Source: Pedosphaera sp. (lineage in GTDB: Bacteria > Verrucomicrobiota > Verrucomicrobiia > Limisphaerales > UBA1096). From it: a stretch of 64,000 bases of DNA. Of the stretch, positions 54,154-64,000 are shown piece by piece. How positions within the stretch are numbered: position 1 is the stretch's first letter; every line of letters starts with the position of its first letter. The position numbers and the translations under genes are program-made. Below the pieces are notes generated by a model. The model had not been told where the DNA came from. It did no database searches and worked only from the letters and a program-made list of their open reading frames with translations. Location of the stretch: contig JAKUOU010000020.1 of the NCBI GenBank assembly GCA_022451065.1, positions 9,349 through 73,348 of the forward strand. Reading direction: 5' to 3'.

Positions 54154-57086
54154 GGGATGAACAGGAATTCGTTGCTATTGAGTAACACCCGGCAAAGTGT
54201 GGCCAGGCCATGGGCCTTGGCGGAGGCGATGGCGGCCTTGGCTTCGAAGGGATTAGGCTGGCGACCGAAAGCGAGTTGGAAGGCGCGAGTGATCTGTTGG
54301 CTCGTGTCATCTCCGGTTTCTTTGGTGATACGATTGGCAAAGGCGGTTGCCTGATCGTTTACAAAGGGGCTGTTGAATAGGTTGAGCGCCTGGATTGCCG
54401 TGGTGGACTGTTTGCGGCGAGGCATGGTTTGGCCGGCATCGGGAGCGTCGAAGGCGCCGAAGATGGGAACCGGTTCCATGCGAATCTTGTGTTGGTAAAT
54501 CATCCGGCGAAATTCCCTTTGGGTAAATTCGGTCACCGGAGGGAAACCGGTGAGGCCGCCGCGGCTCTTAAAGAAACTGAAGCCCGGACCGCCGGCTTCG
54601 AAATTCAAGTTGCCGCTCACAAAGAGGATGCTATCACGAATGGCTTCGGCTTCGAGCCGGCGAGAGGGGAACCGCCAAAGCAGACGGGAATCCGCATCGA
54701 CCTTCCGTCCCGCTTCGTTCGTACGGCTCGACTGCTGGTAGGTATCACTCAGCATGATCAGCTTGTGCATGTATTTTACCGACCAGCCGCTGCGAATGAA
54801 CTCGTGGGTGAGCCAATCGAGCAGCTCGGGGTGTGAGGGTTTGGCACCGTTGCGGCCGAAGTCGCTGCTGGTGAGGACGAGTCCCGCACCAAAATGGAAT
54901 TGCCAGATCCGATTCACCGCGACGCGTGCGGTGAGCGGATTTTTTGCGCTGGCGATCCAGTTGGCCAGGGTCAGGCGCCGATCCGCTTCCGGAGCATCCT
55001 TCGCCAGGGATAAATCACCGAGTGCACTTAGCACCGTTGGCGCTACTTCCTCTTCTGGCTGCTCGGCATCGCCACGCTTTAAAAGGTGAACCGGCTCCGG
55101 CTCACCGAATTTGCCTCCAAACACCGTTCGGGATTTGGAGATTTCCGCCAGCCGAGATTCAATATTCTTCTTCTCCATCATCAAAGCCTTGGACTTTGCC
55201 AGTTGCTTGGGATCGAGCGCGGTGATGCTTCTTCGTTTTTTCGGTTTCTGGAGAGCGCCGCTGCAGGCCTCGATCTCGCGGATGGTCCAGTGCTTGAAGT
55301 TGCCCTCGTTCTTCCACTCCAATTCGATGCCGGTGGCGCCCGGCACAGGATCGAACACAATGGAATAAAAGCCGTCGTGAGCCGTGTCGAGGTGCTCGAT
55401 CGTGTTGCCGGTGATGGAGAACTTCGGAAGGGGATTGGCGTCGCCGCTGAACATCTCGATCGAGAGATTGGTGACATCGGAATAGGATCGCGCAGCGAGG
55501 TCGGCATCTATGTCGGTGGTGACGCGCACGGTAATCTGCTGCAGCGGGCCATTATTATCGTTACCCGCGATGTCATTGATGCGGATGTGCGACAGGTTGT
55601 GAACGGCTCCCTTTTCAAACGCCAGTATCGAGCGCTGAGGCGCAGTCGTGGTACCGGGATTTGTTGTGAAGGTCATCGTCCCGACATCGCCATCGTACGC
55701 GTTCTTAAACCCGGCATTTCCATGGCGTTCCGGGCCGGGGCGGACAATACCTTTTACGATTTTGATCAGCGAGCGGCGGTCGGTCGAGTCAGCCACGACT
55801 TTCCATTCTCCCGAATCATCCGCCACCTCAATCACGTATTCGAGCGCCAATCGGTCGTTATACTTGCCGTCGCGATCCCGGGACCAGACGATGCGATCGA
55901 TCGTGTGCACGGCGGGGAATTCGAGCATGACCCACCCGGTCGTTTCGCCGCACATCCAACTGCGAGCATTGCCAAACTTCCCGTCATTGATGAACTCGAG
56001 CTGGTGGTGTCTTGAGACTTTACTGCCCGAGGCACTCCGCTTCACGTTGAGCGATGCGAGGGCGATGTTTTTGCCCTCCGTGTCAAAGATTTCCAGTTCG
56101 TCGATGCAAGGCTCCAAGCGGTTCGTCTTTTTGATCGTGAACCGAACTTTCCGTGCCTTCACCGGAGTAAATCGCTCGACGTTTAGCAAGGCGTTGACCG
56201 ACGCTCGTTCCACGCCCGATCGGGCCAGCGGCACGAAGCCGGCCACCGCGCGATCAATTTCACGCACGCGGGATTTGAGCTCTTCTATCTGCTTGTGCAA
56301 GGCCTCTGAATCGTCCGGTTGGATCGGACGCTCGCCGTAGGACACTCCGGCGAAGAACGCCTGCATGGAGTAGTAATCCTTCGCCGAGATCTCATCAAAT
56401 TTGTGGTCATGACAGCGCGCACAACCAACACTTAGCCCCAGAAATGCCTCGCTTGTGTTGATGACGATTTCACTTAACTCATCCTGGCGTGCGAGCCGCA
56501 TCGATTCTGTGTCTTTGCCAATCTGCCCCGGCAACAGGCGTGCTGCCGTCATCAGAAAACCGGTCGCTGCATCCTTGCCCAGCTGATCTCCCGCAATTTG
56601 TTCCCGGATGAACTGGTCAAACGGAATGTCCTTGTTGAAAGCCTCGATCACGTAGTCCCGGTATGGCCACGCGTTCGGGCGCGGCGTGTTCACTTCGAAT
56701 CCGTGGGTGTCCGCATAGCGCACCACATCCAGCCAATGCTGTGCCCAACGCTCACCATAACGAGGGGAGGCAAGCAGCCCTTCAACCGCTTCAGCAAAAG
56801 CGATCTCTGTCGTTCTCGGATCCTCGACGAATTTTTTCACCGATTCAGGACTGGGCGGCAGGCCGGTCATATCCAGAGTTGCGCGCCGCAGAAGGGTGAT
56901 CCGATCTGCCTTGGGCGAAGATGTCAGACTATTCTCCCGCAGCTTTCGGCCAATGAAGTAATCGATGGGATTGCTTTTTGCCGGCACCGCCACGCGCTTC
57001 ACCGGTTGGAATGACCAATGCTTTTTGTCGGCGGCCCAGACGCCCGACGCAAAAACGAAGGCCAAAATGATATTCGAAATCTTCAT
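54150..57086 (-). CDS. DUF1549/DUF1553 protein lacking the N-terminal cytochrome module, with two discoidin (F5/8 type C)-like inserts
   Basis: Signal peptide present. [20 protein letters not shown] (DUF1549), [21 protein letters not shown] (DUF1553). The central approximately 330 aa contain [21 protein letters not shown] and HWTIREIEA beta-sandwich-like segments. There is no CxxCH before DUF1549. Confidence 0.7.
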   Translation of the reverse strand: MKISNIILAFVFASGVWAADKKHWSFQPVKRVAVPAKSNPIDYFIGRKLRENSLTSSPKADRITLLRRATLDMTGLPPSPESVKKFVEDPRTTEIAFAEAVEGLLASPRYGERWAQHWLDVVRYADTHGFEVNTPRPNAWPYRDYVIEAFNKDIPFDQFIREQIAGDQLGKDAATGFLMTAARLLPGQIGKDTESMRLARQDELSEIVINTSEAFLGLSVGCARCHDHKFDEISAKDYYSMQAFFAGVSYGERPIQPDDSEALHKQIEELKSRVREIDRAVAGFVPLARSGVERASVNALLNVERFTPVKARKVRFTIKKTNRLEPCIDELEIFDTEGKNIALASLNVKRSASGSKVSRHHQLEFINDGKFGNARSWMCGETTGWVMLEFPAVHTIDRIVWSRDRDGKYNDRLALEYVIEVADDSGEWKVVADSTDRRSLIKIVKGIVRPGPERHGNAGFKNAYDGDVGTMTFTTNPGTTTAPQRSILAFEKGAVHNLSHIRINDIAGNDNNGPLQQITVRVTTDIDADLAARSYSDVTNLSIEMFSGDANPLPKFSITGNTIEHLDTAHDGFYSIVFDPVPGATGIELEWKNEGNFKHWTIREIEACSGALQKPKKRRSITALDPKQLAKSKALMMEKKNIESRLAEISKSRTVFGGKFGEPEPVHLLKRGDAEQPEEEVAPTVLSALGDLSLAKDAPEADRRLTLANWIASAKNPLTARVAVNRIWQFHFGAGLVLTSSDFGRNGAKPSHPELLDWLTHEFIRSGWSVKYMHKLIMLSDTYQQSSRTNEAGRKVDADSRLLWRFPSRRLEAEAIRDSILFVSGNLNFEAGGPGFSFFKSRGGLTGFPPVTEFTQREFRRMIYQHKIRMEPVPIFGAFDAPDAGQTMPRRKQSTTAIQALNLFNSPFVNDQATAFANRITKETGDDTSQQITRAFQLAFGRQPNPFEAKAAIASAKAHGLATLCRVLLNSNEFLFIP

Positions 57087-59089
57087 TTCAAAATGCGCAG
57101 GATGGCTTGGTCATTTCCATTGGGCAGCAAGGTGAACGAGCCGCCTTTATAAAAGCGGCGGGTGAATTTGAAATTGGCCTTCAACTCCGCTGCTGTCAAC
57201 GCCTTGCCGCTGCCGTGGACGGCGCCGGCGATGCTGAGTTTGCGGGGGGCAATAAGCGCGGCGAGATGCGGGATGTCGCCGGCTTCGCGCAACATGTTCG
57301 GTGCCATCAAGCCGAGCCGCTGATTGGTGTAAGGCACGTCGCTGATGTAACTGGCGAGCGAACCGATGGTGACTGTATGGGCAATGCGCTCATCCAACGC
57401 TGCCGCACACAGCGCCACCACGCCAGCGGGGCCGTCGCCGATCACAGTGACGGGCTCGTGGCCGAGTTGGTCGAGCAGAGTGCGGAGGTCGCGGACCCAT
57501 TGGCCGAGGAGCGGGCGGCCGAGCCAGAGGGACCACTCAGCGCTGTTGTGGTCCGGCGCGCGGCGAATGGCGTCCCGCGTGTAGGCGTGCTGACCGGTGG
57601 CGCGCAGGCTGAGAGAAAGTACAGTGTGGCCGGATCGCTGAAGGGCGGCGGCGAGTTTGTTTTCGGTGAGTTTCACTTCGCCTTCAATGTTCAGGAAAAT
57701 GACTTTGTCTTTTTTGCGTGGAGCTTTGCCGAGTGTTTCGGTGGCAGTGAGGCGAATGCCCGGCTCGGGCGAGAAATTGATGCGACGCGTGGGTGCCTCG
57801 GGGCCATCCTTGAGCAGCCGCGTCGGGCGCGGTTTGGTGCCGCCGAGCACGTGCACGTCCAGCGCGTGGCGGACTTCGTCGAGGTCGTCGGCCCAGTTGG
57901 ACTGCTCGAGTTGCGCCACGAGCCGGCGGCCTTCGCGCGCGGCGAGTTGCGGGATGGTCAGCCAATTATCCGGGCGCGTTTGGCCCGGGAAGCAGCGCAG
58001 CTTTTCAGGGTCCACCGTTTCAATCTTCGGCTCGTCGATGGGCGCGCCGTTGCCTTCGCCCTTGAGGTGCAGCGTCATCCAGCCGTACATCGCCTCGCGC
58101 ATCGGCTCGTTGTAATCGTGCTTCGACTCCACCGGCAGATGCTTCACCGATTTCGGTTTGCCGTGCAGCGCGTAAATCGGCCGCGTCAGCGCTAGCGATT
58201 TCTTCGCCTCGCCGACCGAAAACTGGATGCCATCCTGCGTCGCGTTGATGACCATCAGCGCGCGCGGTGCCGTGAGGCTGAGCACGCCCCATTCCTCCGT
58301 GAACCTCAACGCCCCCGGCACCACCTCGCACATGCAGCACGCCACGCCGAGGTACGCCTGGTAATTGCCCACCGAACACACCGGCACCACCGCCTTGAAC
58401 CGTTCGTCCCACGCGCCCGCGTACATCGTCTGGTTGCCGCCGCCGCTCGTGCCCGTGATGCCCAGCCGCTCGCCGTCCACCTCCTTGCGCGTCAGCAAGT
58501 AATCCACCGCGCGCATGTTCTCATAAACCTGCAGCCCGCTCAGCGGCCGGCCCACCGGCCAAAGCGTCGCCGCCACCATCTCGCCGTGATACTCCCCCAA
58601 CGCCTTGCCAATGCCGCGTTCGCCCGCGCCCAGCGCATCCACCGCCAGCGCGAAAAAACCCAGTTTCGCCAGCCCGATACACCGCGCCTGCACTGTGCGA
58701 TCCTGCTTCGCCCCACTCCAGTGCCCATGCACACACAACACCGCGGGCCGCTGCCCCGGGCCGTCGGGCACGTAAGCGTTGGCCGTCATCCACACGCCCG
58801 GCAGAGTTTGAAAAATAATGCGCTCCACGCGGTAGCCGTCGCGAATCTCCGTACCGAGAATGCGCGGCTTCAATTCGCATTGCTCCTTGGGAAAACCGCC
58901 CCAAGCGCGCAACAGATTTTTGCGAATCATCGCTCGCTGAGTATGCCATTCCGCCAGCGTCGCCGGTGTCCGATCCATCGCCCTCAACGCCGCCGCGCGT
59001 TTTTTGACAAACTGCAAAAACGCATTGGGCTTCTCCTCTGCGGCCGGCGCTGCCAGGGCGAACAGGAAAATGAGGATGAACCTTTTCAT
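57083..59089 (-). CDS. alpha/beta hydrolase (acetyl-xylan-esterase/dienelactone-hydrolase-like), two-lobed
   Basis: Signal peptide present. Nucleophile elbow GITGTSGGGN. VHGHWSG oxyanion region. The stop overlaps the downstream start as ATGA at 57083-57086. Confidence 0.6.
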   Translation of the reverse strand: MKRFILIFLFALAAPAAEEKPNAFLQFVKKRAAALRAMDRTPATLAEWHTQRAMIRKNLLRAWGGFPKEQCELKPRILGTEIRDGYRVERIIFQTLPGVWMTANAYVPDGPGQRPAVLCVHGHWSGAKQDRTVQARCIGLAKLGFFALAVDALGAGERGIGKALGEYHGEMVAATLWPVGRPLSGLQVYENMRAVDYLLTRKEVDGERLGITGTSGGGNQTMYAGAWDERFKAVVPVCSVGNYQAYLGVACCMCEVVPGALRFTEEWGVLSLTAPRALMVINATQDGIQFSVGEAKKSLALTRPIYALHGKPKSVKHLPVESKHDYNEPMREAMYGWMTLHLKGEGNGAPIDEPKIETVDPEKLRCFPGQTRPDNWLTIPQLAAREGRRLVAQLEQSNWADDLDEVRHALDVHVLGGTKPRPTRLLKDGPEAPTRRINFSPEPGIRLTATETLGKAPRKKDKVIFLNIEGEVKLTENKLAAALQRSGHTVLSLSLRATGQHAYTRDAIRRAPDHNSAEWSLWLGRPLLGQWVRDLRTLLDQLGHEPVTVIGDGPAGVVALCAAALDERIAHTVTIGSLASYISDVPYTNQRLGLMAPNMLREAGDIPHLAALIAPRKLSIAGAVHGSGKALTAAELKANFKFTRRFYKGGSFTLLPNGNDQAILRILK

Positions 59090-59265
59090 GGCACGGGCTC
59101 GACCGATTAAATGCAGCCTACGCCGATTTGTCAGCTAAACATTTGCCGGACAGCTTTGTAAATTTTTGCAAAAAATCTGCACGAGACCTCACTTTTTCTC
59201 GGTGAGCACGTTGCCGGATTACTTGTCGTTGAGTTCCTGACATGGGGCGAGGCTGTTGTGTACAT

Positions 59266-60699
59266 CTATGCCACAATGCTGCGGACGACGTGGCCGTGGA
59301 CGTCGGTGAGGCGGTAGTGGCGGCCCTGAAACTTGAACGTTAGCTTTTCGTGATCGATGCCGAGGCAGTGCAGCATCGTCGCGTGCAAATCGTAAACGTG
59401 CACTGGATTTTCGACGATATTGAATGAAAAGTCGTCGGTCGTTCCGTACATCGTCCCGCCCCGAATTCCGCCCCCGGCCAGCCACATGCTGAAGCAGCGC
59501 GGGTGATGGTCGCGCCCGTACTTGGCCATGTTCAGGCCACCCTGCGCGTAGACGGTGCGGCCGAATTCCCCGCCCCAGATGATCAGCGTCTCCTCGAGCA
59601 TGCCGCGCTGCTTGAGGTCGGCGATAAGCGCGGCGGACGGCTGATCGATGTCGCCGCATTGGAGGGGCAAATCGCGCGGCAGGTCGCCGTGCTGATCCCA
59701 GCCACGGTGGTACAACTGGATGAAGCGCACGCCGCGCTCGGCCAGACGCCGGGCCAGTAGGCAGTTGGCCGCGTACGTGCCCGGCTTGCGCGCGTTCGCG
59801 CCGTACAAATCAAAAATGTGTTCCGGCTCGCTGGAGGTGTCCATCAACTCCGGTACCGAGGTCTGCATGCGGTACGCCATTTCCGCCTGCCGGATGCGCG
59901 TGAGGATTTCCGGATCGCCCAGACGCTCGTGATGCTCCCGGTTCAGCGCCTGGCCAAGGTCCAGTATCCGCCGCCGCCGCTTGGCCGTGATGCCCTCCGG
60001 GTTGGACAGGTACAGCACCGGATCACCCGACGAGCGAAACTTCACCCCCTGATGTTCGGACGGCAAAAAACCGCTGCCCCAAAGCCGCGCGTACAACGCC
60101 TGCGAATCGCGCTTGGCGCTGCCATGCGAAATCATCACCACATAGGCCGGCAAATCAGCGCTCTCACTGCCCAGTCCGTAGCTCGCCCACGCGCCCATGC
60201 TGGGCCGTCCAGCCTGCTGAAAGCCGGTCTGGAAAAACGTGATCGCCGGGTCGTGGTTGATCGCCTGCGTCTGCATCGAGCGCACCACGCAAAGCTCGTC
60301 CGCCACCCGACCGAGGTGCGGCAGCAACTCGCTCAACTCCGTGCCGCTCTGCCCATGCCTCGAAAAGTTGTAGATCGATTTACAGACTTTTTTTTCCTTC
60401 TGCCCGGACGTCATCCCAGTGAGGCGTTGCCCGCCGAAAAACTCGCTGCCCAACACCTCCCCATGCGCCTTAGCCAACGCCGGTTTGTGGTCGAGCAACT
60501 CGAACTGCGACGGCGCGCCGCTCTGGAACAGATAAATCACCCGCTTAGCCTTCGGCGCGAAATTCGGAAAACCGACCAAGCCGGCGAACAGTCTCGGGTT
60601 GAGCAGCGACGCCAACGCCACCGAGCCAATGCCCGCGCTCGTGCGGCCGAGAAACTGCCGCCGGGTCTGCATCATCGCGTTGTCGTGTTCGAGAGTCAT
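59266..60699 (-). CDS. DUF1501 domain protein (Tat-exported, sulfatase-like fold)
   Basis: TRRQFLGR Tat signal, SGAPSQFELLDHKP, GRDHHP, and [16 protein letters not shown] motifs. Confidence 0.8.
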   Translation of the reverse strand: MTLEHDNAMMQTRRQFLGRTSAGIGSVALASLLNPRLFAGLVGFPNFAPKAKRVIYLFQSGAPSQFELLDHKPALAKAHGEVLGSEFFGGQRLTGMTSGQKEKKVCKSIYNFSRHGQSGTELSELLPHLGRVADELCVVRSMQTQAINHDPAITFFQTGFQQAGRPSMGAWASYGLGSESADLPAYVVMISHGSAKRDSQALYARLWGSGFLPSEHQGVKFRSSGDPVLYLSNPEGITAKRRRRILDLGQALNREHHERLGDPEILTRIRQAEMAYRMQTSVPELMDTSSEPEHIFDLYGANARKPGTYAANCLLARRLAERGVRFIQLYHRGWDQHGDLPRDLPLQCGDIDQPSAALIADLKQRGMLEETLIIWGGEFGRTVYAQGGLNMAKYGRDHHPRCFSMWLAGGGIRGGTMYGTTDDFSFNIVENPVHVYDLHATMLHCLGIDHEKLTFKFQGRHYRLTDVHGHVVRSIVA

Positions 60700-60702
60700 A
60701 CT

Positions 60703-63042
60703 TCAGTTCCTGGTAATGGCTTCGTCGGTGCCGAGCACGGCGTTGGCCAGCGACGCGTAGGCGGCCAACTCCACCACGTCGAGCACCGGGTCGTGCGGCG
60801 ACTCGCCAACCGCCATAAGCCGCCGTGCTGCCTCCGGCTCGGCGCGAAAACTCGTTTGAAACTCCGCCAGCGCGCCGCTCAACAAATCCAGCTCGCGCTC
60901 CGTCGGGCGTCGACCGCAAACCAAGCGATGCAGCAGCGTCAACCGCGACTCCTCCGTCGCGCCGCCATCACGCAACACCCGCCCGGCCAGCTTGCGCGAC
61001 GCCTCGACAAACGTTGGGTCGTTCATCAGCACCAACGCGGCGAGCGGCGTGTTCGTCTTTGCACGCGTCAGAACGCACACCTCACGTGACGGCGCGTCGA
61101 ATGCCTGCATGTTCGGTGGTGGTACGGAGCGCTTCCAGTAAGTATACATGCTGCGGCGATAAAGTTTCCCACCGTGATCCTGCACAAAACGCGGCACGTT
61201 CTCATAAACCACATCATCCCATAGCCCCGGCGGTTGGTACGGCCGGACGCTCTCGCCGCCGAGCCGGCCGACGAGCAACCCGCTCGACGCCAGCGCGTGG
61301 TCGCGGATCATTTCCGCCGGTAACCGAAACCTCGGTCCGCGCGCGAACAACCGGTTCGCCGGATCGACCTCGAGCAGCCCCGGCGACACGCGCGACACCT
61401 GCTGATACGTCGACGACATCACGATGAGCTTGTGCATCGCCTTCCGGTTCCAGCCACCACGGATGAACTCGGTCGCCAGCCAGTCGAGCAGCGCCGGGTG
61501 CGTTGGCCACTCGCCCTGCGCGCCGAAGTCCTCCGACGATTTCACGATGCCGGTGCCGAAGTGCATCTGCCAAAAACGGTTCACGACCACCCGCGCCGTC
61601 AACGGGTTCTCCCCGCCGACAATCCACTTGGCCAAGCCGAGTCGGTTGCGCGGCGCACCGGCGGGCCATTGACCAAGCGCGGCCGGCAGCCCGGCGCTGA
61701 CCTCGACGCCGCTTGGCTGATCGTACTGCCCACGACTCAGTACGAACGTCTTCCGGGCCGGGCTCAACTCGCCCATGATCATCGCCGTCGGCAGCGCTTG
61801 TCCAAGCGCTGCCAATGCCTTCCGCGCTGTCTTTAGCTGCTCCTCCGCCTCCGATTTTTTTTCCAGCTCGGCAATCTTGGCGCGGTGCCACTCCATTTGT
61901 TTCCGCTGTGCCACACTGGGCACCTTAACGAATGGCTTGTCCGCTAGCTTATCCGCGTTGCCGACGTGCGCCGTCTCCGGCACGTTGTTGAACAACGCGT
62001 AAAACTCGTAAAACTCCCTCTGCGAAATCGGGTCGTATTTGTGGTCGTGACACCGCGCGCAGCCAAACGTCAGCCCGAGGAAAACCGCGGTCGTCGTCTC
62101 GACGCGATCCACCACGGTCTCGACACGATACTCCTCATTGATGACGCCTCCCTCGCTCTGGATCGAATGGTTGCGATTGAAGCCGGTCGCTACGCGCTGG
62201 GCGATCGTCGCGTCCGGCAACAGGTCGCCGGCGAGTTGCTCGAGGGCAAACCGGTCGAACGGCATATTGTCGTTGAACGCGCGAATCACCCAGTCGCGCC
62301 ATGGCCACATCACGCGGCGGCGGTCCAGGCTGTATCCGTGCGAGTCGGCGTATCGCGCCGCATCGAGCCAGTCGAGCGCCATCCGCTCGCCGTATCGCGG
62401 CGATGCCAGCAATCGGTCGACAACCTTCTCGAACGCGCGCGGCGAGGCGTCGGCAAGAAATGCGTCGATCTCCCGCGGAATTGGCGGCAGACCTGTGAGA
62501 TCGAAGCTCACGCGGCGAAGCAGCGTCTCCTTGTCTGCACGCGGCGAGGGTTGCAACCCGGCACGCTTCATCTTGGCCAGGACGAACCGATCAATCGCGC
62601 CGCTTGGCCAGGCGGAGTTTGTCGCCGGGAGAATCGCCGGTCGGCTGGGCGGAATAAATGCCCAATGCTTTTCCCACTTGCCCCCCTGCTCAATCCAAGT
62701 ACGGAGAATTTTAATGTCGCCAAGGGCCAGAACTCGACCTGAATCCACTGGCGGCATCCGCTCCTCCAGATCAGTGTGAGTTATGCGCTTGAATAACTCG
62801 CTTTTGTCAGGCTTGCCGGCGTTGATGATCGCTTGGCCAGGAGCACCGGTGTCGAGCCGCAGGTCGGCTTTGCGCTTGGCTGCATCCGGCCCATGACACT
62901 CGAAACAGTTGTCGGAAAGAATCGGGCGGACATCGCGATTAAACAGGACAACCTCCCAGGCAACTATCGAACCGGCTGGGAGCCACCCGGCAAGCAGAAG
63001 CACGGCGGCACGCAACAGTGAGTTGTTCCAAAAGAAAATCAA
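60703..63042 (-). CDS. PSCyt1 / DUF1549 / DUF1553 domain protein
   Basis: CFECHG plus ERMPP cytochrome-like module, [31 protein letters not shown], and NRFWQMHFG. The start codon is TTG and is uncertain. Confidence 0.8.
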   Translation of the reverse strand: MIFFWNNSLLRAAVLLLAGWLPAGSIVAWEVVLFNRDVRPILSDNCFECHGPDAAKRKADLRLDTGAPGQAIINAGKPDKSELFKRITHTDLEERMPPVDSGRVLALGDIKILRTWIEQGGKWEKHWAFIPPSRPAILPATNSAWPSGAIDRFVLAKMKRAGLQPSPRADKETLLRRVSFDLTGLPPIPREIDAFLADASPRAFEKVVDRLLASPRYGERMALDWLDAARYADSHGYSLDRRRVMWPWRDWVIRAFNDNMPFDRFALEQLAGDLLPDATIAQRVATGFNRNHSIQSEGGVINEEYRVETVVDRVETTTAVFLGLTFGCARCHDHKYDPISQREFYEFYALFNNVPETAHVGNADKLADKPFVKVPSVAQRKQMEWHRAKIAELEKKSEAEEQLKTARKALAALGQALPTAMIMGELSPARKTFVLSRGQYDQPSGVEVSAGLPAALGQWPAGAPRNRLGLAKWIVGGENPLTARVVVNRFWQMHFGTGIVKSSEDFGAQGEWPTHPALLDWLATEFIRGGWNRKAMHKLIVMSSTYQQVSRVSPGLLEVDPANRLFARGPRFRLPAEMIRDHALASSGLLVGRLGGESVRPYQPPGLWDDVVYENVPRFVQDHGGKLYRRSMYTYWKRSVPPPNMQAFDAPSREVCVLTRAKTNTPLAALVLMNDPTFVEASRKLAGRVLRDGGATEESRLTLLHRLVCGRRPTERELDLLSGALAEFQTSFRAEPEAARRLMAVGESPHDPVLDVVELAAYASLANAVLGTDEAITRN

Positions 63043-63166
63043 GTGCCCGAGAAGATTAAGCCAGAGCGGCCGGCTTGGCCAAGCGGAACATTATTTAATG
63101 AGTGCCTCGATTTTGGCCAGGGTTGAGGGCTTCAGATCGAGTCGGCACAGGGCGCCCTGGCTTGCT

Positions 63167-64000
63167 TTACTTGGGGATCGATTCACGCAGACGTTCGATC
63201 ATTGATAAGTGACGGGGTAACCTTGCAAGGTTTTTCCATTCTTGGGGATCGGAGTCGTGATCGTAGAGTTCTTCACCTCCATCATGGTATCGGATGTAAC
63301 GCCAACGTCCGGTCCTCACGGCGTGGTTGCCCTGGCCGTAGGTGATTAGCACGGGACGTTTCCACTCCATTTTGGGATTCTGCAACAGCGGCACGATGCT
63401 CTGTCCGTCCAATCCTTTACGCGAGGGCAAACCGCACAATTCAACCAGTGTTGGATAGAGGTCTATCAAACTGACGGGACGCCAGCAAAGTTGGTTTTTT
63501 TGAAGCTGTCCGGGTACAGAAATAATCAACGTTGTCCGAGTTGTAGTCTCCCAAAGCGCATGTTTGCGCCAGTGCTGCTTTTCACCCAGGTGCCAACCGT
63601 GATCGCCCCAGAGAACGACGATGGTGTTGTCAGCATGTTCACTGTGCTCTAGTGCCATTAAAAGCCGACCCACATGGGCATCTACGAAGCTAATCGTCGC
63701 CAGATAACTTTGTACAGCTCGATGCCACTGTTTATATTTCAAAACCATGTCGTGGTCTTCGCCGTGCCTGGCAAAGTTTCGCGGCCCGGACACGTCGTGC
63801 ACCTCCCGCGCCAGCTTTTTTCCAAATGCTGGCAAGTCGTCGCGGTCGCTGTCCTGCGTCTTTGGAATGAGGATCTTTTCCAGAGGGTGCAAGTCGAAGT
63901 ATTTTCGGGGAACGTGCCAAGGTAAATGCGGCTTGGTAAATCCGCAGGCTAGGAAGAAGGGTTTGTCGTGGGTTTTCTCGAGTTCAGAGATCGCCCAGCT
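63167..64000 (-). CDS. sulfatase (iduronate-2-sulfatase-like), 5' end beyond the window
   Basis: The frame stays open to position 64000 (..[29 protein letters not shown]..). [13 protein letters not shown] and the C-terminal sulfatase region are present. The N-terminal catalytic part is not in the window. Confidence 0.75.
   Translation of the reverse strand, partial: SWAISELEKTHDKPFFLACGFTKPHLPWHVPRKYFDLHPLEKILIPKTQDSDRDDLPAFGKKLAREVHDVSGPRNFARHGEDHDMVLKYKQWHRAVQSYLATISFVDAHVGRLLMALEHSEHADNTIVVLWGDHGWHLGEKQHWRKHALWETTTRTTLIISVPGQLQKNQLCWRPVSLIDLYPTLVELCGLPSRKGLDGQSIVPLLQNPKMEWKRPVLITYGQGNHAVRTGRWRYIRYHDGGEELYDHDSDPQEWKNLARLPRHLSMIERLRESIPK

Noticed and set aside
59106-59134. A sigma70-like promoter (CTGACA-17-TTTAAT on the minus strand) upstream of the alpha/beta hydrolase gene.
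   Set aside because: It is a plausible pattern match, but several equally weak alternatives exist in the 176 nt spacer. It is not reported as a feature.

Overview
This is a 64 kb chromosomal window of about 55-58% GC. The gene content points to the PVC superphylum (Verrucomicrobiota or Planctomycetota): three PSCyt/DUF1549/DUF1553 + DUF1501 gene pairs, an H-X9-DG prepilin-like protein, several sulfatases, and the tuf-tRNA-Trp-secE arrangement. The centre (30.2-48.7 kb, minus strand) is one uninterrupted translation/transcription block: tRNA-Thr, tuf, tRNA-Trp, tRNA-Ser, secE, nusG, rplKAJL, rpoBC, rpsLG, fusA, rpsJ, rplCDW. It stops at an intrinsic terminator straight after rplW. The flanks hold housekeeping genes (dinB, recQ, a bioB-like gene, queG, aroK, hisA, galM) mixed with envelope and glycan genes (sulfatases, GT4, GT2, a flippase, Gfo/Idh/MocA, a TIM-barrel isomerase). 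I saw no rRNA, CRISPR array, transposase, integrase or phage gene. The strongest signal belongs to no single gene. The palindromic word CGCTTGGCCAAGCG (core TTGGCCAA) occurs dozens of times, in spacers and inside unrelated genes, in all three reading frames. It resembles HIP1 or a DNA-uptake sequence, and I know of no described equivalent for this lineage. Secondary observations: a five-gene minus-strand cluster joining two DUF1553/DUF1501 modules to an alpha/beta hydrolase; a BioB homologue lacking two canonical auxiliary-cluster cysteines but carrying a Cys-rich tail; a heptanucleotide repeat inside the GT4 gene; and structured spacers in the rplJL-rpoB region. All family assignments come from motif recognition by eye. 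No database search was run. Many ORF-track starts are alternative start codons, so 5' ends are approximate.
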